From contig NW_021833741.1 in assembly GCF_006345805.1 (NCBI RefSeq), positions 1 through 64,000 of the forward strand: a DNA stretch of 64,000 nt. The letters run 5' to 3'. Shown here one piece after another: positions 56,517 to 64,000 of the stretch; the first letter of the stretch is position 1, and each line of letters opens with the position of its first letter. The translations under genes were made by a program, and so were the position numbers. The stretch comes from Octopus sinensis (Eukaryota). The notes below the pieces were generated by a model. The model was not told the origin of the DNA. It worked only from the letters and a program-made list of their open reading frames with translations, and did not search any database.

Positions 56517-57383
56517 TTGTGTTGCTGTTTTCTTTCTTTTTCTGTTTGTTTGTTGTAATTTTCGTGCAGATAGAGTTAATAGCAATAATAAAAGACAGAG
56601 ATTTTACTCTGATTCGTGTGATAAAGCGACAATGGGAAACTCGGAGTAAAGTCGGTGTAAAATTTCATTTTACATACGTCTGTGAGTGTGTGTGTGCGCA
56701 TGCGCGCACGTGTGTATGTGCGTCTGTGGTAATGGGAAACTCGGATTAAAATTGGTGTAAAATCTCATTTTATATACGTGTGTGGTATGTGTATGTGTGT
56801 GTACGTGTGTGTGTGCATGTGTGTGTGCGGTTGTGATATAATAGGGATTACGTAATCCGAAGCGTGGTTTCGCTTGGTCAGTCGACCATAGACGCGGACA
56901 GTTTCAAAAGTAATAAAATGACGGTAGGTGGCGTAATTGGCGCAAATCGTTGGTTATCATCTGTTATGCATCAGAGAATGGAGTCGGATGAGGGCCTTTT
57001 TTTTAATTCACAAGGAAGATTCTAGTATGTTGATGTCAGTGATGACGATGGTAGTGATAGTGGTGGTGGTGGTGGTGGTGGTGGTCATAACGGCAGGGCG
57101 ATGCACGGCGTGAAACGTCTCTGTGATGCAGAAGTTGCAAGACTGATTAATTCATAAATACCAGCACCTTGTCTAACACTATCTCCAAGATACTGGTGGC
57201 TTCTTTTCGTGCTTCAAGCTATTCAAATATGATTTGAAAGTATTATGTCCTTATCATTATGATGGCTGCACGAGCTTTCGTCTGGTGTAGGCGCCATCTG
57301 AGAGGGTGCTCCACAAACCTTTGGCAGTTTGCTGATGTTATTGATGGGAAAGACAGTAAGTGAAATATACCCTTTTCTCCTGT

Positions 57384-57680
57384 GGAGGCACATGACCTAG
57401 TGGTTAGAGCAGCGGACTCGCGGTCGAGGGATTTCGAGTTCGAATCTCAGACCGGGCGATGTGTGTGTTTATGACCGAAACACTTAAGCTCCACGCAGTT
57501 CCAGCAGAAAGTAATGGCGAACTTCTGCTGACTCTTTCGCCACAACTTTCTCTCACTCTTTCCTCCTGCACCTTGCAGCTCACCTGCGACGGACCGGCGT
57601 CCAGTCCAGGTGGGGAACCTATACGCCAAGAAAACCGGGGAACCGGCCCTTATGAGCCAGGCGTGGCTCGAGAAGGAAGA
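57384..57680 (+). mobile_element. tRNA-derived SINE, family D
   Basis: A box TGACCTAGTGG, B box GTTCGAATCT; body CACAACTTTCTCTCAC shared with 58670-59020. Confidence 0.75.
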
Positions 57681-57709
57681 GCAAAACTCTATCTTTCAGC
57701 AAAATGCAT

Positions 57710-58238
57710 GGCAACTGTAACGTACATTACTATTTTATAGACTTTATCGCCATTCGGGAAAATATTTTCCGGTCAGTGAGAAGAAATTTCTTACAAGACT
57801 AATTTTGAATAATATCCACTTTCCGGGTATTATTCGGGTGTTGTTGTTTGTTTGCCAAGTATTTTATTCTCTCTTGCTATCTGCTACATGTAATGGTTCA
57901 TTCAACCTTCATTGAAGGTGGGTTCTTCCGAGAACAATGTAATTGTCCGCGATTTGCTAGAACATGTTTAGTGATGTTTATTGTGTAATTGCATTAGCTG
58001 TTGATGCACCATGGGGTAGCGTTAGGTTCCTTGAAGAACTCATACGAACTAATTTTGATTCCTTAACAAATGCTCAAATTCTTTGAGAATTAAAAAAGTT
58101 AACATTTTATCCCGATTCCTTGCGGGCGATATCCGTCTTCTGCACCCCCGACACACAGTCAGTGGTGAATCATCTTATATTACTTTCAAATCCGATCACG
58201 TGTACAGACGACCGACCGAGTGAAACCATGGTCTCGGT
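57710..58238 (-). pseudogene. Possible highly decayed PLE fragment with adjacent HHR relic
   Basis: Minus frames KEPNATPWCINS and NFFSLTGKYFP..YSC resemble PLE post-RT motifs; plus 58211-58238 ACCGA-CCGAGT-GAAA-CCATGG-TC-TCGGT. Confidence 0.35.
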
Positions 58239-58405
58239 TATGTAATCTATTTTTAATTTGCATATATTAACATATATTAAAGCATATAAATATACATTAG
58301 ATTACACACCGTTCCAAAATAAATTTGTATTGAACACTTTTATGTTTTTATTACAATATAATGATCACACACATATGTATATGTATATGTACACACACGC
58401 ACACA

Positions 58406-58443
<38 letters not shown>

Positions 58444-58447
58444 ACAC

Positions 58448-58481
<34 letters not shown>

Positions 58482-58669
58482 CATACACACAGACACATGT
58501 ATATATATATATATATATTTAAAGGGAGAATTCACAAGAAAACAAAAGACGAAGACGGATGGTGTAGACAACAAACATGTATTACTATAACATATCTTTA
58601 TATCTATATATGTGCGTGTATACACATACATATATATAGATATATCTATATATGTATATATATCCTTCG

Positions 58670-59020
58670 CGGCACTCCGTCGGTTGCAACGGAACAGCCT
58701 GCTCGTGAAATTAACGTGCAAGTGGCTGAGCACTCCACAGACACGTGTACCCTTAACGTAGTTCTCGGGGGAGATTCAGCGTGACACAGAGTGTGACAAG
58801 GGTGGCCCTTTGAAATACAGGTACAACAGAAACAGGAAGAAAGGGTGAGAGAAAGTTGTGGTGAAAGAGTACAGTAAAGTTCACCACCACCCGCTGCTGG
58901 AGCCTCGAGGAGCTTTAGGTGTTTTTGGTCAATAAATACTCTCAACGCCCGGTCTGGGAATCGAAACCGCGATCCTATGACCATGAGTCTGCTGCCTTAA
59001 ACACTGGGCCACTGCGCCTC
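58670..59020 (-). mobile_element. SINE family D
   Basis: Minus head GGAGGCGCAGTGGCCCAGTG..TTCGATTCCCAGACCGGGCG. Confidence 0.75.
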
Positions 59021-59023
59021 CAG

Positions 59024-59081
<58 letters not shown>

Positions 59082-59386
59082 CGTACATATACATATATAC
59101 ATATGTATGCATATATATATACATATATATGCATATATATACATATATATGTATATATATATATACATATATATATATGTACATATGTACATATATATAC
59201 ATATATATATATACACACATATATACATTCATACATATATATATGTATGTATATATATACGCACACATATATACATACAAACATGCATACATATACATAT
59301 ATATGTATATATACTATATACATACATGCATACATATATATACATATATATATATATATATATTATAATATATATATATATGTATG

Positions 59387-59441
<55 letters not shown>

Positions 59442-60619
59442 ATGTATATATATTATATATTATATATATATGTATATATGTATATATATATGTATATTAT
59501 AATTATATATGTATATATTGTATATATATATGTTATATATATATATATGTATATCTATATGTATATATATATATATATGTATGTATACAGTGCTTTTCAA
59601 ACAGAAGAATAAACAATCATAACAATAATAAACAAAAACAAGAGTCACCCCCACCCCCCAACAACAACAACGACGACAACAACAAAAACGACCCCTTCTA
59701 CCTTCAATTAGACGGATAACCTACTGAATAAAGACGGGTAGACTAATTGGTAAGTTAGCAGGCTACGTCTCCTCCACTTCCTCCTCCTCCTTCTCATCAT
59801 CCACCCGAGATTCGCGGAACGAAATATGACCACCCAGACAGTTAAAGATGGAAACGTATCTTGCGGGTGGGGAAGACGTGTGCTTGTGTGTGTGTATGTG
59901 TATGTGTTTGCGTGTGTGTGTGTGCGTGTGTGTATGTGTGAGAATGATGGTTGTGTTGGTGTGAGGGGTGGCTTTGGGCGGCGGGGTGGCAGCAAGGGTT
60001 GGCGTTTCGGAGTTCTTTATTAATGGGTCGAAAAGAGAGAGAAGACCGTCTTACAAACAATGTTTCGTCTTTCTTTTACTGCAATGGCGGCGGCGGTGGC
60101 GGCGGCGTTTCTCCTGTCGTAACAACAACAACAAAAATCATAGCAATTAATTAATTGAAGAGACACGGTCATATATTCACACCGTCCGCCTCACCTCCCA
60201 CCCGTTTTGTGTGGAGTAAGCTTCGTAACACTGCCAGCGGGGTGGTGGGTGGATGGACCCCCACCCCCACCCCCACCACCACCACCACCACCCATCGTTT
60301 CTTGTATTTGTTCTCACATTTTGTCTCTCTTTCTTTCTTTCTTTCTTTCTTTCCTACTTCCTTTCTTTCCTCCCTCCCTATCCTAACCCTAACCCTTACT
60401 CTATATTACAGAACAGTCCGACATTGTTATTCTGGATCCTTTATACACCACCCCCACCCCCACCCACACCACCCACCACCACACCCACCACCCCACCCCA
60501 GTCTTTTAAAATATATTTTTTCACTTTCTTTAAATCAGCTTTAGATACCCCCCAACCCACACCCGTCTCATACTTTCATTATTTCAAAGTCTTCTGGGAA
60601 TTTTGCAGTTTTCTATTGA

Positions 60620-60628
60620 TATCTATCC

Positions 60629-60698
<70 letters not shown>

Positions 60699-60784
60699 AT
60701 CTATCCATCTATCTACCTACCTATCTATCTATCTACTATCTATCTATCTGTTTTGTTTATCTATCTATCTATCTATCTACCTAC

Positions 60785-60816
<32 letters not shown>

Positions 60817-60824
60817 ATCTATCC

Positions 60825-60883
<59 letters not shown>

Positions 60884-60987
60884 CATCTATCTATCCATCC
60901 ATCTATCTATCTATCTATCTATCTATCTATTTATCTATCTATCTGTCTATCTATCTCTGTCTGTCTATCTATCTATCTATCTATCTT

Positions 60988-61061
<74 letters not shown>

Positions 61062-61078
61062 CATCTATCTATCCATCC

Positions 61079-61114
<36 letters not shown>

Positions 61115-61172
61115 GCCTGTCTGCCTGTCTGTCTGTCTGTCTGTCTGCCTGTCTGTCTGTCTGTCTGTCTGT
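60620..61172. repeat. (TCTA)n/(TCTG)n microsatellite
   Basis: Direct inspection. Confidence 0.95.
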
Positions 61173-61486
61173 CGCCACTAATCCATCATACTCTCTCCCG
61201 CCCCTACCCGCTTACAAGCCTATATATTCGTTAATATATTCAAGTCGGGATGTATTGTGTAACAATAGTGTATTATGGTGTGCAGCAGATATTTTCGTCG
61301 TACGTAAACCATCAACTCGCACGTCCACCCGGCCAAGCAGGCGGAATGGCTGGCAGGCGGGCGAGCGGGCGGGCGGGCAGGCGGACAACCAACGGTTTGG
61401 TCCAAGAACCAGACAACCCGACAGTCATTTAATTTCTTATATTTCTTTGTCTGTGTGTCTGTCACCGCTTTCTCTAATCAGGGGGT

Positions 61487-61517
<31 letters not shown>

Positions 61518-61894
61518 GAAGAGTGAAAGAGAGAGAGAAAGGAAGAGAGAAAGAGAGAGAGAGAGGAAGAGTGAAAGAGAGAGAGAAAGGAAGAGAGAAA
61601 GAGAGAGAGAGAGAGGAAGAGTGAAAGAGAGAGAGAAAGGAAGAGAGAAAGAAAGAGAGAGAGAGAGAAAGATTGAGAAAGAGAGAGAGAAAGAGTGGGA
61701 GAGACAGAGAAAGAGAAAAAGAGAAAGTAAGTGTGAGAAAGAGAGAGAATAAGAGAGAAAGAAAGAAAGAGAAAGGGTGAAAGAGAGAGAGAAAGTAAGA
61801 GAGAGGAAGAGAGAAAGAGAGAGACAGAGCGAGACAGAAAGAGAGTGAGAGGAAGAAAGAGAGAGGGGAGAGAGACAGCTGACTTTATAAATTC

Positions 61895-62090
61895 TTTTAT
61901 TCTTTTACTTGTTCCAGTCATTTTTGACTGCGGCCATGCTGGAGCACCGTCTTTAGTCGAACAACTCGACCCCAGGACTTATTCTTTCTAAGCCTAGTAC
62001 TTATTCTATCGGGCCCTTCTGCCGAACCGCTAAGTTACGAGGACGTAAACACACCAGCGTCGGTTGTCAAGCGATGGTGGGGACAAACAC
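61895..62090 (-). mobile_element. SINE family B 3' half
   Basis: Reverse complement of the family B tail and body. Confidence 0.8.
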
Positions 62091-62325
62091 ACACACAAAT
62101 ACATACATACATATACATACATACATACATATACATACATATATATATACACACACATATTCGAATTGAGGAGTAGATAGACAGCCGACAACTCGTCCTG
62201 TTTTCCATTTTTTTTTCTTGTTTATGTATTTCACTTGTTTTTCCCTTCGTTTGTTTACGTATTTCATGTTACGTGCACAGTTGGTGACGTCCTGTACCCA
62301 TATATGCATTTATATATATATTATA

Positions 62326-62363
<38 letters not shown>

Positions 62364-62389
62364 GCTATCTATATCTATCTATATCTATC

Positions 62390-62425
<36 letters not shown>

Positions 62426-62489
62426 AATCTATATCTATCTCTCTCTCTCTATATATATATATATACATGCATATATATATACATACATG

Positions 62490-62551
<62 letters not shown>

Positions 62552-62690
62552 CAATTAAGATTCAAGCGAGTTCAATTGAATTCACATGAATATGTACTTA
62601 ACTTGGATGCCCGGAATCTATATGGTGTTAACCATACGACAAGGTGGGGTGATTACAATAGGAAAAAAGCAACAAGAATGGATCAATATA

Positions 62691-62775
62691 TCGGTACAAT
62701 TGTTTCGTACGAAGACATCTTTAATAAGGCTACAAAAATTGCAGTAAATATAGGTGGCTCGTACTCATCAGCCGA
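62691..62775 (-). ncRNA. Type I hammerhead ribozyme (left arm of inverted repeat)
   Basis: Minus: TCGG-CTGATGA-GTACGA..TCGTAC-GAAA-CAATTG-TA-CCGA. Confidence 0.85.
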
Positions 62776-63006
62776 AAAAACATCTTCACATTCATCTTCA
62801 CTTTCATCTTCACTTTCATCTTCACTTTCTGGAAAACTAAGAGGTTTTGAAAATTTTTTTTAAAAACCTGATATATGACTGTGTAATACTAATTGAACTT
62901 TTAGAAACCAATTTGTTATCTAAATTCTCATTTTTATAGAACTTTCCATGATGTTTCACGAGTGTAACATTACCCCCTTTGATGTTTGGGAATCTCGGGT
63001 GTTTTT

Positions 63007-63091
63007 TCGGCTGATGAGTACGAGCCACCTATATTTACTGCAATTTTTGTAGCCTTATTAAAGATGTCTTTGTACGAAACAATTGTACCGA
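63007..63091 (+). ncRNA. Type I hammerhead ribozyme (right arm of inverted repeat)
   Basis: TCGG-CTGATGA-GTAC..GTAC-GAAA-CAATTG-TA-CCGA; canonical core; GUA at 63085-63087. Confidence 0.85.
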
Positions 63092-63128
63092 TATATTGAT
63101 CATTCTTTTCTTGTTGCTTTTTCGTTCC

Positions 63129-63162
<34 letters not shown>

Positions 63163-63282
63163 ATATAGATATATAATATATATATATATAATATATATAT
63201 ATAATTATATATATTATATATATGTATATATATTTATATATGTATATATTTATATATATTATATATAATTTATATATATATG

Positions 63283-63337
<55 letters not shown>

Positions 63338-63338
<1 letters not shown>

Positions 63339-63599
63339 CGTACATATGTTTCTTTTCTGGCTTTTATTAGACAGTTTATTTCAATGCATAATTGATGTAA
63401 TATGTATGTCAATTAGCCTTCTTCAGCCGCGCACAATTACCACTCCAAGGACATGTATTACATTACTGTCCAAACCTATAATGTAATACATGTCCTGGAG
63501 TGGTAATAGTGCGCGGCTGAAGAAGGCTATTGACATACATATTACATCATTATGCATTGATATAAACTGTTTAATAAAAGCCAGAAACATATGTACCGC
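63338..63599. ncRNA. Hairpin (about 125-bp arms, 13-nt loop) with HHR motifs on both strands
   Basis: Plus 63513-63599: GCGG-CTGAAGA-AGGCT..AGCCA-GAAA-CATATG-TA-CCGC; mirror on minus 63338-63430 with small indels. Confidence 0.8.
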
Positions 63600-63674
63600 T
63601 AAATCCTTTGCATCCTGTTTTTTCTTTTGATATATATATATATATATATATCATATATATATATATATATATAT

Positions 63675-64000
63675 GACTTTCTGAAGGATAGAAGTCAGGT
63701 GGTAGTAGCCACTTCCACTAACACGCAAATAGTGAGCGGTCTTCAGCAGGGCACTGTTTTGGACCACTACTGTTCATAATGGCCCTCTCAGACATGCCCT
63801 CAGTCATGCAGAGAGCCACGATCACAAGTTATGCAGATGATACAAAAGTTTCACAGGCAATACAGAACCCTGAAGACACTAAGCACCTGCAATGTGAGCT
63901 GGACAAAATTTACAAGTGGGCTGAAAAGAATAGCATGCAGTTCAATGCTGAAAAGTTTCAAGCTCTATGCTATCAGCACGCAAAACTAAATGCAATACCC
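63675..64000 (+). mobile_element. 5'-truncated LINE reverse transcriptase (CR1/L2 group), runs off the window
   Basis: SGLQQGTV/GPLLFIMALSDMP..SYADDTKV..LQCELDKIYKWAEKNSMQFNAEK (one frameshift); begins after (TA)n. Confidence 0.9.

Noticed and set aside
56855-56890. Minus-strand CTGACCAAGCGAAAC
   Set aside because: No stem II and a non-canonical core
60253-61488. 411-aa ORF
   Set aside because: Mostly a TCTA-repeat translation with no domain
61486-61660. Short GA-rich tandem repeats
   Set aside because: Minisatellite without unique spacers; not CRISPR

Overview
Gene-poor, AT-rich, microsatellite-saturated eukaryotic DNA. The repeat landscape resembles an octopus/coleoid cephalopod genome (inference from SINE families and (TA)n/(TACA)n/(TCTA)n density). 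I found no convincing host protein-coding gene, and most ORF-track entries are microsatellite read-throughs. Identifiable content: a frameshifted Penelope-like element (PLE; RT + GIY-YIG, minus strand, about 47.6-50.7 kb); decayed LINE fragments (CR1/L2-like, RTE-like, REL-endonuclease type); an internally deleted Tc1/mariner element; two Helitron-like elements; many tRNA-derived SINEs; and several local duplications. The most notable signal is about 15 type-I hammerhead-ribozyme (HHR)-like motifs from several different sequence families, most with palindromic stem III. Most sit in short islands inside (TA)n arrays. Five of them lie in long inverted repeats, three of which carry a ribozyme motif on both strands. 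All motifs were parsed by eye, so activity is untested and element boundaries are approximate.
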